Assembly (NCBI GenBank): GCA_050273025.1
Contig: CP158635.1
Coordinates: 14,260,001-14,324,000 of the forward strand
Length of the DNA: 64,000 bases
Source: Cenococcum geophilum
Taxonomy: Eukaryota
Reading direction: 5' to 3'
Below the pieces are notes generated by a model, which saw nothing but the letters and a program-made list of their open reading frames with translations, searched no databases and was not told the DNA's origin. Shown here piece by piece: positions 63,006-64,000 of the stretch (position 1 is the first letter of the stretch; each line of letters starts with the position of its first letter). The position numbers and the translations under genes are program-made.

Positions 63006-64000
63006 ATGCGAAGGGTGGTAATAACTGGCCTCGGCGCTGTCACACCTCTTGGACTTGGTAAATAGCCAAGAATCACCATCTTAGGGGCTCAATTTGACAT
63101 GTATAGGCGTGCGCCGCACATGGAAACGCCTCCTTGATGGTCACTGCGGAATCGTCTCCATTACGGACAAAAGCCCTCAATTCGCTGCCCTTCCTAGCAG
63201 GATAGCAGGATTGGTTCCGAAAGGGCGCAGAGATGAAGGAGAATGGAATCCGAAAGAGTTGCTGAGCCCCGGTGTATGTACCATGGGCTAGAGAGAACTG
63301 TTTCAGGCTAATAAGTCTTTAGGATGAACGGAGGATGGCTAGATTTGCACAGTATGCTATGGCGGCATCCAAGGAGGCACTAGATGATGCAGAATGGCAT
63401 CCGAAGAAAGCCGAGGATCTTGAAGCCACTGTAATGTTTTCCATTTAAAAAAGAACTCCCATGATCATGACACTGACTGAATCAGGGGGTGTATATAGGG
63501 TCCGGCATTGGAAGCCTTGACGATGTCTATGACACTACAGTTTCGTTTGAAAAGGGAGTCAGTATCCCAAGATCTGTCTCATCTAGTTTTGCTAGTTTTA
63601 CTGATGATATAGATAGGGATACAAGAAAGTTTCACCGCTCTTCGTGCCTCGTCTGCTAATCAACCTAGCCGCTGGCCATATATCAATGAGATATGGATTC
63701 AAGGTGTGTACCTTAATCTTAGCTATTAAAGCCAAAATACTACGGTCGCTGACGGATCGTGCAGGGGCCAAATCACGCGGCGACAACAGCTTGTACGACG
63801 GGGGCTCACAGCATCGGCGATGCAGCCCGCCTTATTATGTTTGGAGATGCAGACGTCATGGTTGCTGGGGGCGCAGAATCATGCGTTCACCCACTTGCAA
63901 TCGCTGGGTTTGCTCGGGCGAGAAGTTTGGCTACCGAATGGAACGACCAACCCAGTCTAGCTTCCAGGCCGTTTGATAGAGACCGAGCAGGATTCGTCAT
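63006..64000 (+). CDS. CEM1: Mitochondrial 3-oxoacyl-ACP synthase (FAS II KAS), 3'-truncated by the window
   Basis: [74 protein letters not shown] (catalytic Cys) and [13 protein letters not shown]. Several short introns. The start may lie further upstream. Confidence 0.95.

Noticed and set aside
63006..64000. Polyketide or secondary-metabolite cluster
   Set aside because: It is a stand-alone FabF-like mitochondrial KAS among housekeeping genes.
26265..64000. Functional mitochondrial/redox gene cluster (TAH18, ETFB, CBP3, CEM1)
   Set aside because: The genes belong to different pathways and are interspersed with RNA-processing genes. Ordinary synteny explains it.

Overview
Filamentous-ascomycete (Pezizomycotina) nuclear DNA with an isochore-like layout. 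Two AT-rich, RIP-ruined transposon nests (1-19164 and ~31000-47550) alternate with intron-containing gene islands. Nest 1 is a hAT transposase split by a GalEa-like Ty1/copia (5311-11580, TSD TATAG) and a chromodomain Ty3/gypsy (12160-18139, TSD GTAAY). A further gypsy and an LTR lie at its left edge. Nest 2 is a PIF/Harbinger-type MITE stretched to 16.5 kb by a complete Ngaro-type tyrosine-recombinase retrotransposon with split direct repeats (31206-44284) and a piggyBac; the Ngaro is itself interrupted by a gypsy (32767-40732, TSD ATAGT). Intact-looking housekeeping genes: a two-RRM protein, TAH18/NDOR1, ETF-beta, CBP3, CEG1 and the start of CEM1. Pseudogenes: an HSPA12-like Hsp70 with a divergently oriented partner, an FAD oxidoreductase and a HET-domain gene. 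The least explained items are a family of non-coding elements filled with GTAGAGC-type satellite (one with hairpin-within-TIR ends and an 8-bp TSD) on either side of CEG1, the co-decayed Hsp70-like/partner pair, and an antisense Cys-rich ORF inside a gypsy. All calls come from manual reading; no database searches were run.
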